Positions 30,639 through 40,376 are shown, counted from the first letter of the stretch. The stretch: DNA of 64,000 nt from Candidatus Heimdallarchaeota archaeon (GCA_019056785.1 DXJV01000100.1:10796-74795); one strand, 5' to 3'. Numbers and translations are program-made. The notes: a model not told the origin generated them from the sequence alone.

Positions 30639-31472
30639 TTAAAGTAATTTGAGTAATTTATGACCTTGAATGGAAAGCCCAAATAAATCTGTTGGGAGCG
30701 TTTCTGCCAGTGTTTCTGTTATTTGGAATAATTTTTGCGCAGAGGGCGCTTTTGCTCCTCCAAGAGGCGTGACGGGTTGCACGACAATCGGGATAACAAT
30801 TTCGCGCAATTTATTGGCAATCATTTGAACATCATTCAAATTCGTGTCTTCAGTGACCACCAGTTTTGCAAATACTTTTGCGGGGAAGTTATTTAAAATA
30901 GAGAGTGATGTTAGTTCTCTCTCGACCAATTTTTCCCAATTACCCTTTTTTACGCTGTTGGCACTCCGGTCTTTTATATCAACACACGCATAGCTAATTA
31001 ATGGAGCCACTTTTTCAATCCGCTGAGGGTAGTAGCCATTTGTTTCAAGGTAAATAGGGATTTCCAATTCGTAAAGTTTGTTTGTCAATTCATAGAAAAA
31101 TTCTTCCTGAAAAGTTGGTTCACCCCCCGTAAGAGAGACAGAATGAAGGTCCTTTGTGGAGAGGTTAAGAATTTGCTCGATTGTAAAATCAACAGTTACG
31201 GGATTAGCGGTGGTGGTGAATTTCCAACTTCCAGGGACAGTTTCAACTCGACAAGTAGGGGCGTTGACATCACGGGAAGAGGCAGTATCACACCAGATAC
31301 AATGTAAATTGCATCCCGCCAGTCTTACAAAGATTTGCCGCCGTCCAAAACATGAGCCGCGAACAACACCACCTTCTCCTTGAAAAGAGCTAAAAATTTC
31401 GATAAGGCTTCCTTTCACAGGTGATTGTTGTTTACGCTCGCCGGCGAGGACTTCAGTCATTTTTTCTATCAA
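30639..31472 (-). CDS. queE: 7-carboxy-7-deazaguanine synthase
   Basis: EIFSSFQGEG, FVRLAGCNLHCIWCDT, LTGGEP, LETNG, QGHKLL. Confidence 0.92.
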   Translation of the reverse strand: MIEKMTEVLAGERKQQSPVKGSLIEIFSSFQGEGGVVRGSCFGRRQIFVRLAGCNLHCIWCDTASSRDVNAPTCRVETVPGSWKFTTTANPVTVDFTIEQILNLSTKDLHSVSLTGGEPTFQEEFFYELTNKLYELEIPIYLETNGYYPQRIEKVAPLISYACVDIKDRSANSVKKGNWEKLVERELTSLSILNNFPAKVFAKLVVTEDTNLNDVQMIANKLREIVIPIVVQPVTPLGGAKAPSAQKLFQITETLAETLPTDLFGLSIQGHKLLKLL

Positions 31473-31526
31473 CTCAGTATTTTTTATAGTATTGTGCTAT
31501 TTCATCCTTAACCCTTTTTTATAACA

Positions 31527-32315
31527 TCATTTTTCATTCCTGGAGATTGGTGTATAGATAGTGGGATCAGGAACAGCACTTTCCTTAAAGCCCCTCTTTC
31601 GACGTTGACAACTTTCACAATGAGCGCAATGAATGGGGCGTCCAGCGACATCTAACCCTCTTGGCTCATAGCAAGAATTGCTATATTCGAAAGGGGTTGC
31701 CAGCTTCTTGCCTAGTTTAATAATTGCTGCTTTATTTAATTTTGCGAGAGGAGAAATAATCTGTACGTGCGCTTTCAGGATTCCTCGCGACGCCGCGCGG
31801 GTAAAATCATCAATAAATTCCTGAGTGTTATCGGGGAAGGTTGTACCTTCCTCGAGATTAAAACCGGTGATAATGTCTACTTTGCCTTTGAGAGTTTCAG
31901 CATAAGCCGCTGCAATAGCAAGGAATAAAAGGTTTCTGCCCGGAATCCAAACTGCTTTGGCACTTGCTTGACTTTTGTTGAAGTCCTCAAGCTCTTGTGC
32001 AGTAGGGTGAGGGAGTGTTGTAGAACTGCCTTGAATTAAAGCGCTATTTGTCCGCCTTGCAAAGTCTGCTAAAAAGTCCAATGTGAGAAACTCATGTTGG
32101 GAAACTTCTGCAAGCTCGCCCAATTTTTTCGCGACGGTTTTTAATACCTTTTCCTCTTTAGAGCCATATAAAAAGGTAAGACAAACAACACGCTTATAAG
32201 GTTCTTTTTTTGCCCACCAAAGACAAACAGTGGAATCTAGGCCACCACTCAAAAGAACAATAGCTGATTTTTCTGTACCGCTCATTCTCCAACGCTTCTT
32301 TATTGTTTGATTCAA
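31527..32315 (-). CDS. queC: 7-cyano-7-deazaguanine synthase
   Basis: VLLSGGLDS, WIPGRN, FPDN, SCY..HCAHCESC. Confidence 0.93.
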   Translation of the reverse strand: MNQTIKKRWRMSGTEKSAIVLLSGGLDSTVCLWWAKKEPYKRVVCLTFLYGSKEEKVLKTVAKKLGELAEVSQHEFLTLDFLADFARRTNSALIQGSSTTLPHPTAQELEDFNKSQASAKAVWIPGRNLLFLAIAAAYAETLKGKVDIITGFNLEEGTTFPDNTQEFIDDFTRAASRGILKAHVQIISPLAKLNKAAIIKLGKKLATPFEYSNSCYEPRGLDVAGRPIHCAHCESCQRRKRGFKESAVPDPTIYTPISRNEK

Positions 32316-32899
32316 TCACTCTTTGACGCCCGTGCAAGTATCTCCTTTGCACTAACGAGGTAGTGAACTTTTATCTGTTGTTCTGCTTCAAATGCTGCCA
32401 GACCATCTGGCGTTCGATCAATAAAAACAAACATCTCTTGTACTTCTGCCCCCTCCTCACGTAAGGCCTGGATAGCGAAAACTTTGCTAAAACCACTCGA
32501 GATAAGATCATCCACCAGGAGAATTTTTTGCCCTTTTCGAATGGTACCTTCGATCATTTTTTTCAAGCCATGCTTCTTAGGTTCTTTGCGCAGAATGTAA
32601 TAGGGTTGTTGGAGTTTATAGGCGAGCAAAGTACCAAATGGTATTGCTGCTAACGGAATAGCTACAATGCCCTCAAATGCAACATGCTCCTGCCGGAGAT
32701 ATTTTACTGCTTCCGAAACAAGAGCATCAAACTCTGCGGGAAAGTTGGGAATGATACGCATGTCAATATAATATTTCGACTTGGCACCTGACGCAAGGGT
32801 GAAATCACCGAACTTTAGCGCCCCGGTACGTTCGAGAATCTCAAAGACTTTTGTCTTGGAAAAGGCCGTCTGTTTTGCAACCAATTTAATCACTGCCAA
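32312..32899 (-). CDS. pyrE: Orotate phosphoribosyltransferase
   Basis: FGDFTLASG.KS.YYID, RKEPKKHG, LVDDLISSG. Confidence 0.93.
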   Translation of the reverse strand: MAVIKLVAKQTAFSKTKVFEILERTGALKFGDFTLASGAKSKYYIDMRIIPNFPAEFDALVSEAVKYLRQEHVAFEGIVAIPLAAIPFGTLLAYKLQQPYYILRKEPKKHGLKKMIEGTIRKGQKILLVDDLISSGFSKVFAIQALREEGAEVQEMFVFIDRTPDGLAAFEAEQQIKVHYLVSAKEILARASKSD

Positions 32900-33094
32900 T
32901 AATAATAAGGGAAAAGAGTTCTTCTTTTATCTTTTGTGGCAAAGTAAGAATTTTCCTGCTAAAAAAGGACTGCTTTTTACCATTAAAACAAAAACCAACC
33001 TCACCGACCATTTTTTAAATAAGGAGTCGCCTCTGTTTCACTGCAAATTTTACAGCAACCGAGTTAAAGTGAAGAACAGAAACTTACAAAGGTT

Positions 33095-34450
33095 GTGAAA
33101 CTAAAAATGGAACCGACACGAGTAATCATCATGGGAGCCGCCGGAAGAGACTTCCATAATTTTAACACGTATTTTAGAGACAATGAGAATTACGAGGTAG
33201 TTGCGTTTACTGCAACACAAATACCTGATATTGAAGGCAGAGTTTACCCAAAAGAACTCGCAGGAAAACTCTACCCAAAAGGAATCCCAATTTATGATGA
33301 AGCAAAACTACCAGAAGTAATCGAGAAAACAAAGGCTGATGTCTGTGTGCTTTCTTACAGCGACCTACCATTTGACTATGTAATGCATCTGGCATCAAAA
33401 GTAATGGCTCTCGGACCAAACTTCTGGATGTTAGGGAAGAAAAAGACATCCTTGAAATCAAGCAAGCCAGTAATCTCCGTTTGTGCAATACGAACTGGCT
33501 GCGGCAAGAGCCAGACCACAAGGAAACTGGCGGTTTCACTATCGGAACTGGGCTTAAAAGTTGTTGCTTGCAGACACCCAATGCCCTATGATCCTGATTT
33601 GAATTCTCAAGCATGCCAACGCTATGGTAGCCTCGAAGACCTTGATAAATATCGTTGCACAATTGAAGAGCGCGAAGAATATGAACCACTAATTACTAAT
33701 GGTATTACCCTTTATGCTGGCGTAGATTATGAACACATTCTTCGTGAAGCTGAAAAGGAGGCTGACATCATTATTTGGGACGGCGGGAACAATGATTTCC
33801 CCTTCTTCAAATCCGACTTGGAAATTGTTGTGGTTGACCCTCTCCGACCTGGTCATGAGGTTAGTTATTACCCCGGTGAAGTGAATTTACGCACTGCCGA
33901 TGTTATTGTCATTAACAAGATGGTTTCTGCCAGCCCGGAGGATATTACCACAGTCAGGAAGAATATCGCAAAATACAATCCCAAGGCAACTGTTATTGAT
34001 GCTGCGTCTCCCTTGACTGTTGAAGGCTGGGAAAAGATCAAAGGTAAGCGTGTTCTTGTAGTTGAAGATGGCCCAACATTAACCCATGGTGAGATGGAAT
34101 ATGGTGCAGGGGCTGTTGCAGCTTGGAAATTTGGCGCTAAAGAATTAGTTGACCCCCGCCCCTATGCTGTGGGCTCAATTAAAACCACATATGAGAAGTA
34201 TTCCCATCTTGGAACAATTCTCCCCGCCATGGGCTATGGCAAGAAACAAATCGAGGAACTTGAGAAGACTATCAACGCAGTCGATTGTGACCTTGTTCTC
34301 GTTGGAACGCCCATCGACCTTGGGCGTATTGTTAACATTAAGCATGAAGCTGTACGGGTGAAATACGACCTCCAAGAAATTGGCCATCCAACATTAATGG
34401 ATATTGTGAAACCCTTCCTCGAAAAGAAAGGCTTATTAAAAGATGCGTAG
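33095..34450 (+). CDS. COG2403 P-loop protein (cyclic 2,3-diphosphoglycerate synthetase/arginine synthetase-like)
   Basis: GAAGRDFHNFN, ATQIP, RTGCGKSQT, RHPMPY, TIEEREEYE, DGGNND, EDGPTLTHG. Confidence 0.88.
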   Translation: MKLKMEPTRVIIMGAAGRDFHNFNTYFRDNENYEVVAFTATQIPDIEGRVYPKELAGKLYPKGIPIYDEAKLPEVIEKTKADVCVLSYSDLPFDYVMHLASKVMALGPNFWMLGKKKTSLKSSKPVISVCAIRTGCGKSQTTRKLAVSLSELGLKVVACRHPMPYDPDLNSQACQRYGSLEDLDKYRCTIEEREEYEPLITNGITLYAGVDYEHILREAEKEADIIIWDGGNNDFPFFKSDLEIVVVDPLRPGHEVSYYPGEVNLRTADVIVINKMVSASPEDITTVRKNIAKYNPKATVIDAASPLTVEGWEKIKGKRVLVVEDGPTLTHGEMEYGAGAVAAWKFGAKELVDPRPYAVGSIKTTYEKYSHLGTILPAMGYGKKQIEELEKTINAVDCDLVLVGTPIDLGRIVNIKHEAVRVKYDLQEIGHPTLMDIVKPFLEKKGLLKDA

Positions 34451-34492
34451 ATCTCCTATCGGCTGAAACTAGCGCGTTCTGTACGTTTCTGC

Positions 34493-35443
34493 CTATTCCT
34501 TCTCTTTTTTCTGTTTCTTTTTTTTGCATTCATTTTTGAATTTCTTCCGCAGATCTTGTAATTGCTGACGGATGTCTTCTTGTGGTCGGCTCCCTTTTAG
34601 CCCTAAAATGCTTTTATCCTTAATTGCCAGTAAGACAGAGATCAATCGCAAGTCTCCAAGACCGGTGATTGATGCATATCCGCGATCTGCCACAACAATA
34701 CAAAGCTCTTTACTTACTTTACAGCCATTCTCAGGGTTAATGATTTCGGCGATGACTTTGTTCTTTTCAAGGTTCACCCGGAACTGTATCCCATTCAATG
34801 TTTCGATCACTTCATGCCGGTCATTAATTGTAAAGCCTATTTTCCGAACAATCTCTTCGGTAGTCTTCAAGTTAAAACCAACAGGTAAGTATTCTGTTGT
34901 AGGTTTCTCGAGGACGATTTCTTTGGCACACTCTCTAAAGAGTTCCATCAAGTCTTCTGGCTCGCGCCACTCGCGAAGTGAAAAATGCCGGATATTCAAT
35001 TCTGTGAAGAGTTTCTGGAACTTGTTTTTTAATCGTGTTCGTGCTTGTTTACTTTTAAACGGAGGGACAAGAATTATGAATTCGTAGAGTGCGTTCAATT
35101 TATCTATCGTTAACTCGATTATTTCTCGAACAAAATCAACGCTCCCCCCCTTCCCCTCACACATAAACAGATATTTACGCGCACCAAGATAATAGTTAGG
35201 CATTATCGTCCGATGAATAATGTTATTAAAAGAAGTAATCCATATTTGAAGGTTCATTTCTCCCTCGGGGGTCCGTGTTTTGAACACCACAGGATCGATG
35301 CCGATAATTTCCATGAGGTTGCTGAGGTGATGACTCGTTACCTCACGGACAGCTTTATGAAATTTTGTTTGCAAGTCTGTCGGTTCAAGTGTTAAAACTA
35401 TCTTCGCTAAAAATCGAGGCATGACTTTCCCTGCTTTTTTCAT
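34493..35443 (-). CDS. Degenerate Rab-like (pseudo-)GTPase domain plus C-terminal domain
   Basis: IIGIDPVVFK..MNLQIWITS..RTIMPNYYLGA matches the Rab switch region; no GxxxxGK, DxxG or NKxD. Confidence 0.6.
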   Translation of the reverse strand: MKKAGKVMPRFLAKIVLTLEPTDLQTKFHKAVREVTSHHLSNLMEIIGIDPVVFKTRTPEGEMNLQIWITSFNNIIHRTIMPNYYLGARKYLFMCEGKGGSVDFVREIIELTIDKLNALYEFIILVPPFKSKQARTRLKNKFQKLFTELNIRHFSLREWREPEDLMELFRECAKEIVLEKPTTEYLPVGFNLKTTEEIVRKIGFTINDRHEVIETLNGIQFRVNLEKNKVIAEIINPENGCKVSKELCIVVADRGYASITGLGDLRLISVLLAIKDKSILGLKGSRPQEDIRQQLQDLRKKFKNECKKKKQKKEKE

Positions 35444-35765
35444 TCGTTTTGTATGTCAAAAAGATTCGTCTTTATTTAATATATCTTTTTTCAATTGTAC
35501 CTTCAAGAATTCTCAAGAAAATACCATGGCTTCAATCAGTACTACGACTATCAAATAAACAAAATGAAAAAATAGACAGCCGGCCCAAAAAGAAGATAAA
35601 CGAGTTCTTTTTTCTTTCTCACCTTCCATAAAAAAGGGAAGGCTTCTTTAAGAGCATTTTTAGTTGCTCTTTTCTTCTTACAAAAGCTTACTAAACAACG
35701 CTTCTAGCAGAAGGAAAAAATTAAGCTTTAAATAAGAGCTTTCCCCATACATTTCTGGAAAAATT

Positions 35766-37103
35766 GTGGTGGGTGTTATGTTTAAGACAAAAAGATTGTT
35801 AATAGTGATCTTTACTGTTTTAATATTGAGCCAAACCCCTTATAGTTTGGCTGAAAATCCTTCAACAATTATTAGCTATGAGGGAACGAAAGCTTGGGAA
35901 ATGCCACAACAACTTTTTCCCAGTAATTCTCTTTTATTTGTGAAAAACCCACAAATACTTTCAAATGAACAGGGTAAGCAAGTCGCTCTGTGGATAGCTT
36001 ATAACGAAACGTACTCTGAAATCCATTGTCAGACATTTACCGGAGAAAGCTGGCTTCTGAACAACACTATTTTTATTATTTCTGGTAATTATACACAAAT
36101 CTCAACATTCAAAGCTGTCTTGGACAGTGAGAACAAACTACATGTCGTTTGGAAGGATGCGGGGGTCCATTATCGCTCTTTATGGAATAATGTTCTTTCT
36201 CTTGTAATCGATCTTCAGGATATGTACCCCACTTTTGATCTGGCTCTTCTCTCTTCGAATCGTCTCGCTTTGGTTGGTCAGGAAGAGAACAATTTAGTCT
36301 ATCTCATTTTTGATGGTAATAGTTGGAGCGAAAGTACGACCATTATTAATTTCGATGACTTGGAGGTCCCATATTATATTCATACTTTGGACCTTGCAGC
36401 CGGAACAAATGATAATCTCTTTGTTTGTTGTACGGGTTCAAAATATGACCCAATAGAAGAAAGATCTGTAGAAATACTGCTTTGCTTATTCTATGATGGA
36501 ACAACTTGGCAAAGAACCTCAGAACCATCAGTAGAAAAACCGTACATTGGAAAGGTTACTTTTGATGAGACCGGAAAAGTGCATCTCTTTTATACCTCAT
36601 TTAATTCGGGGAATGTTCTTTGGCATCAAGTTTGGCTGAACAAATGGAGCAAAGTTGAAAAGGCCGTCGAATTTCCCCAGGACAATACGGAGAGGCATTG
36701 GAGTAGTATTATAAACCACGATGTTGCCATTTCAGGTTCAGACATCTTTATTGCTATGGCAGCAACAGAGTGGACAACCATCGGATTTAATCTCGATCTG
36801 CTCATCGCACACTATCGGAGCGGTTGGCAGTGGGAGCCAATTTTTGATGATGATGACTCTTATATCTATGAAACGTCTATTGCTATCAACAAAAATGGTG
36901 ATGTTTTCTTGCTGGCTATTGAGAATTTTACTCCGAACAACTTTACCTGTGCAGACCTCATTTTTCTCTATGGTGAAAAACTATTCAACTATAAATCATC
37001 ACATAGTATTGGCTTCAATCTTCCAACAACGATCCTTCTTTCCTCAGTAACAGTAGCAATGTTTGTATTAATAAGGCGAAGGAAGAACAGACAAAACCTC
37101 TAA
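35766..37103 (+). CDS. Secreted beta-propeller-like surface protein with C-terminal TM anchor
   Basis: Signal peptide, repeats such as LDSENKLHVVW and FDETGKVHLFY, W-S turns, TM followed by RRRK. Confidence 0.75.
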   Translation: MVGVMFKTKRLLIVIFTVLILSQTPYSLAENPSTIISYEGTKAWEMPQQLFPSNSLLFVKNPQILSNEQGKQVALWIAYNETYSEIHCQTFTGESWLLNNTIFIISGNYTQISTFKAVLDSENKLHVVWKDAGVHYRSLWNNVLSLVIDLQDMYPTFDLALLSSNRLALVGQEENNLVYLIFDGNSWSESTTIINFDDLEVPYYIHTLDLAAGTNDNLFVCCTGSKYDPIEERSVEILLCLFYDGTTWQRTSEPSVEKPYIGKVTFDETGKVHLFYTSFNSGNVLWHQVWLNKWSKVEKAVEFPQDNTERHWSSIINHDVAISGSDIFIAMAATEWTTIGFNLDLLIAHYRSGWQWEPIFDDDDSYIYETSIAINKNGDVFLLAIENFTPNNFTCADLIFLYGEKLFNYKSSHSIGFNLPTTILLSSVTVAMFVLIRRRKNRQNL

Positions 37104-37142
37104 ATTTCTTCCTTTTTTTGAATTTTCAAATAAAAATCCATA

Positions 37143-37153
37143 GTTTTATAAAT
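37143..37153 (+). promoter_or_regulatory. TATA box upstream of the 5' tRNA fragment
   Basis: ttttataaatt about 30 nt before 37184. Confidence 0.55.
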
Positions 37154-37183
37154 TCATTCACAGCAATTTACCATAGGTCTATT

Positions 37184-37208
37184 GGACGTGTGGCTTAGTT
37201 TGGATAGA
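37184..37208 (+). tRNA. 5' fragment (positions 1-23) of a tRNA, probably tRNA-Arg
   Basis: GGACGTG TG GCTT AGTTTGGATA GA; acceptor strand is complementary to CACGTCC at 40390-40396; A20 in the D-loop. Confidence 0.8.
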
Positions 37209-37338
37209 TGTTTTTGAAAAGAAAAATCCTAACTTGAAAAAATTTGTTCATAACATTAGCAATTATAATTATTTGATTATAATGATTATCATGAGCTAAA
37301 TTATCCAAAAAATAAATAAAAAAGTGTAAGAAAGTATT

Positions 37339-37713
37339 TTACTCTTTTATAGTTCCTTCTTCTTTTGCTTTTTCAATCAAAGGTAGTAAATCCATTGTTG
37401 GGATCATTGGCGCATATTGTCCCCAGGTCCACTTATCTTTTTTGTTGCGAATCTTACCTATAATATAGTAACCAAAACGATAACTATCTTTGAATTTATA
37501 TTTCGCTATTTGGTCCTTCTCACCTTCTGATTTTTGGTGTTCTAAACGTAAAATTTCAAACACTTTTTCAGGGTTATCGGTTTCTGTCATGTAAGTAGCA
37601 GCAACCACTTTCAAGAAATGGTGTCCTTTTCGAGAAATATCTTTGACTTTGATCAATCGCCCTATTTCTTTTTGCTTTTTCCTTTCAATAAATTCTTCGG
37701 CTGTTTCAGCCAC
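37339..37713 (-). CDS. Hypothetical protein (start probably GTG at 37713)
   Basis: Protein-like frame with YRFGYYIIGK..WTWGQYAPMIP. Confidence 0.7.
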   Translation of the reverse strand: MAETAEEFIERKKQKEIGRLIKVKDISRKGHHFLKVVAATYMTETDNPEKVFEILRLEHQKSEGEKDQIAKYKFKDSYRFGYYIIGKIRNKKDKWTWGQYAPMIPTMDLLPLIEKAKEEGTIKE

Positions 37714-38192
37714 AATTATCACCGTAGGTAAAATAATTCTTAGATTAATAAAAATTATGTTACCAGAAATCACAATTAATTTAAAATAATCAGTTATTCG
37801 GTATTTTTATTTTGTTCTATTTGCTCTTCGGCTTTTTGTTCTTCCTTTACGATCATTCATCAGTTGGGAATATTCTCAGTCAGATTTTTTTAATTTGTAT
37901 TTTTATATTTACAAAATTCAAGAGAATACCCACAAATAAATAGAACTCGAAAAGTTTGAATAATTCCTTGAAAATCATTTTCATCTGTTATTTGTAGTAT
38001 TTCATCTATTTGTTTCAAAGTATATTGGTTGTTACATTTATCAGTCAAAAATTAATCACGACTTTTTATTCAATTTCTGGTACATGAAGTTATTTTAGAT
38101 TGTTCGGACTTAACGTCTTTGGAGCAGACTCGCGTCGTTTCTATTCATCATCCAAGGTTCACAACGCTTCTTGTGTGAAGTTATTGATTCTC

Positions 38193-38360
38193 TCATTTAT
38201 TATTCATTTTTTTACAAATAAAGGAACTGTTTTCATAGGTGATGCCTATCGTATCGCCTTTTTTAATTCCCATCGCATTTACTATCTCAATTGGTATGGA
38301 GAGTTTGTATACTCCTGCATTATAAATTACTTTTCGTTCAAAAACTATTTTTCCTGACAT
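38193..38360 (-). CDS. AbrB/MazE/SpoVT-family DNA-binding protein, 55 aa (not in ORF track)
   Basis: MSGKIVFERKVIYNAGVYKLSIPIEIVNAMGIKKGDTIGITYENSSFICKKMNNK. Confidence 0.85.
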   Translation of the reverse strand: MSGKIVFERKVIYNAGVYKLSIPIEIVNAMGIKKGDTIGITYENSSFICKKMNNK

Positions 38361-38413
38361 ATGCTTTTTCCCTATCTTTTCTTCTTGTGCAGAATATTTA
38401 AATATTATCGTTT

Positions 38414-38432
38414 CTATACATAATATGTATAG
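38414..38432. promoter_or_regulatory. Perfect 9-1-9 inverted repeat (putative operator) between the divergent AbrB-like and nuclease genes
   Basis: CTATACATA-A-TATGTATAG. Confidence 0.55.
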
Positions 38433-38449
38433 TTTATGTACGGTAAATT

Positions 38450-40183
38450 ATGATGCTCAATCTATTATTCAGACAAGAAAAAAAACAAAGAGGTTCAAAA
38501 ACAATTATTTATAGAAATGGCACCATATTGTTGAAAAGCAAAACATCAAAATATGGAATGAACATTCCTAGTGGTTTATACAGGTGGAAAAAATTACCAA
38601 AAAAGAAAAGTGATGATAAATTAAAAGTAGTTGTTGATTTTTGGCATAAAAAAAACAAATTCGAAAGTGTACTTTGTATCATTTACCATAATAATTACTC
38701 TTGTTATTTACGACCTGTAAATAATAAAAATCAAGAACAAAATATTTTACAACTTATGAAAAAGAATGCTATTTTAAAATGTGTAATCCCAAATAAAGTA
38801 AGTAAAGATGAACAGATTCCATCAACCGATTATTTAAAGCAAGCATTATTTTTAGCAGAGCAAGTTGTTTTACCTAACATTGATACCTTACAATTAGTTA
38901 CTTTTGGCAGAATGCAAAATACAAAATACGAAATTTATTCAGATAATGAAATGAATCTTTACTTAAAATGCCGTGGTAAAATAAGTAGAAAGGGCGTTTT
39001 AATTTTATCTTCAGAAATTTCCCGTTATATACAAAATTGGTTTGAGAAAGAAATTTTATGTTTGTGTTCAATAAATGCTAAACCACCAATAGTTTTAACT
39101 TTAACAACTCGCAAGAGAAACTCCACAAAAAAAATTTACAAAGAATTAAACCTTCCCTACTATGGAGATCCAAAAGAAGGAATAGTATATTTTACATCCA
39201 ATGGTTTAGAATTAACTAAACAAGCAAGAAAGGACTTACAGTTGAAATCCCAACTAAGTAATAATGGTTATAATTTTCTTAATCTCAAATCTACTCTTAG
39301 ACATGGGAAACATTACAACAGGGAGTTTGAACAACGAGTTAGAGATTTAATTGGTAGAGCTTTTAGAGATTACGAGGACACTATTCTTTTATCAGAAGTT
39401 GAGCTCACACTTACGGATGATGATTTTCCTTTAACTGGTTGGGATAAACATCGTTTTGATTCTTTTATTTATCATCAAGATGATTTTCATGATTATGTAG
39501 CTTTAATTGAACTAAAGACATCTATCGAGCCTTCAAATAAATGTGGAATTATCGAGAGTGCAATTGCGAAGCTCTACCAGTTTAGAAAACGCATAAATAA
39601 AAAAACTATTGTTCCAATCCTTATTATTAATGAAGATATATATTATCAAGGGGAAATAGCCACCAAAGCGTATGGGGACTTGTGTAACGTCATTCTAATT
39701 GGTCGAAAGGAATTAGTTGCCTTGATAGAAAACCCATCTCATCTTCATAAAAGAATACAAAACTACCTTGACACTCAAGGCTTTAAACAATCTCCCCCAC
39801 CGATAAAAATGCGCGCAATCAATTCAGTATCCGAAGGTTCTGCATTTGAAGAAAAAATAAAGGACAAATTGCTAATTGAAGGTTACAAGGTCCAATCAAA
39901 TGTGCTTTACAGAGTACAATCTAAACATATGGAAATTGACCATATAACAACTAAACAAGATGAGAAAATACTTGTTAGTTGTAAGGATCATAAAACAATA
40001 ACTTCTGAATGGAAAATTCTCCTAAAATTATCTGACATTTTAAACATTATAGTTCTTAGAAAAGCATTACTTGGCTTTTCACAAGCTCGATTGTATGTGA
40101 AAGTTCATCCTAAAATAAAAGACAAGATCACACAAATTCTAAATCTTAAAGAAATTTCCGAAGTGGATGTTTTTATAGAATAA
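38450..40183 (+). CDS. Protein with two C-terminal PD-(D/E)xK restriction-endonuclease-like domains
   Basis: FEQRV..RFDSF..LIELKT and FEEKI..EIDHI..LVSCKD. Confidence 0.75.
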   Translation: MMLNLLFRQEKKQRGSKTIIYRNGTILLKSKTSKYGMNIPSGLYRWKKLPKKKSDDKLKVVVDFWHKKNKFESVLCIIYHNNYSCYLRPVNNKNQEQNILQLMKKNAILKCVIPNKVSKDEQIPSTDYLKQALFLAEQVVLPNIDTLQLVTFGRMQNTKYEIYSDNEMNLYLKCRGKISRKGVLILSSEISRYIQNWFEKEILCLCSINAKPPIVLTLTTRKRNSTKKIYKELNLPYYGDPKEGIVYFTSNGLELTKQARKDLQLKSQLSNNGYNFLNLKSTLRHGKHYNREFEQRVRDLIGRAFRDYEDTILLSEVELTLTDDDFPLTGWDKHRFDSFIYHQDDFHDYVALIELKTSIEPSNKCGIIESAIAKLYQFRKRINKKTIVPILIINEDIYYQGEIATKAYGDLCNVILIGRKELVALIENPSHLHKRIQNYLDTQGFKQSPPPIKMRAINSVSEGSAFEEKIKDKLLIEGYKVQSNVLYRVQSKHMEIDHITTKQDEKILVSCKDHKTITSEWKILLKLSDILNIIVLRKALLGFSQARLYVKVHPKIKDKITQILNLKEISEVDVFIE

Positions 40184-40185
40184 AG

Positions 40186-40294
40186 TGGCGGGTGCGGTCA
40201 GATTCGAACTGACGACTTCCTCTAACTGGAAATCCAAGCGCACCAGGAGATCACTCCGCAGGGAGGCGCATTATCCGTGCTATACTACGCACCC
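40186..40294 (-). tRNA. tRNA-Arg(GCG) with an intron of about 31 nt (40223-40253), CCA encoded
   Basis: GGGTGCG/CGCACCC acceptor stem, GGATA D-loop, CCTCC-CT-GCG-GA, GTCAG-TTCGAAT-CTGAC T-arm, G73. Confidence 0.85.
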
Positions 40295-40376
40295 AATCAG
40301 TAATTGGAATTGATGTTATGTCCTTTTTAAAAATATGGATTCTAATTATAAATAAATTATTTGCAAATGTTCCTTT

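Larger units (their letters stand above)
37209..40376. mobile_element. AT-rich island between the two tRNA fragments
   Basis: Sharp AT enrichment, bounded by tRNA pieces; contains AbrB-like gene, nuclease and a tRNA. Confidence 0.75.

Noticed and set aside
37890-38048. 52-aa minus-strand ORF (YTLKQIDEIL..FRVLFICG) faintly like a tyrosine-integrase box I
   Set aside because: Catalytic Arg absent and fragment too short to support the call
38100-38160. ATGATGA..GAAAC..GAC-GCGA-GTC on the minus strand, resembling a hammerhead ribozyme or C/D-box RNA
   Set aside because: No CUGA core or box D and no stem II; only one small hairpin
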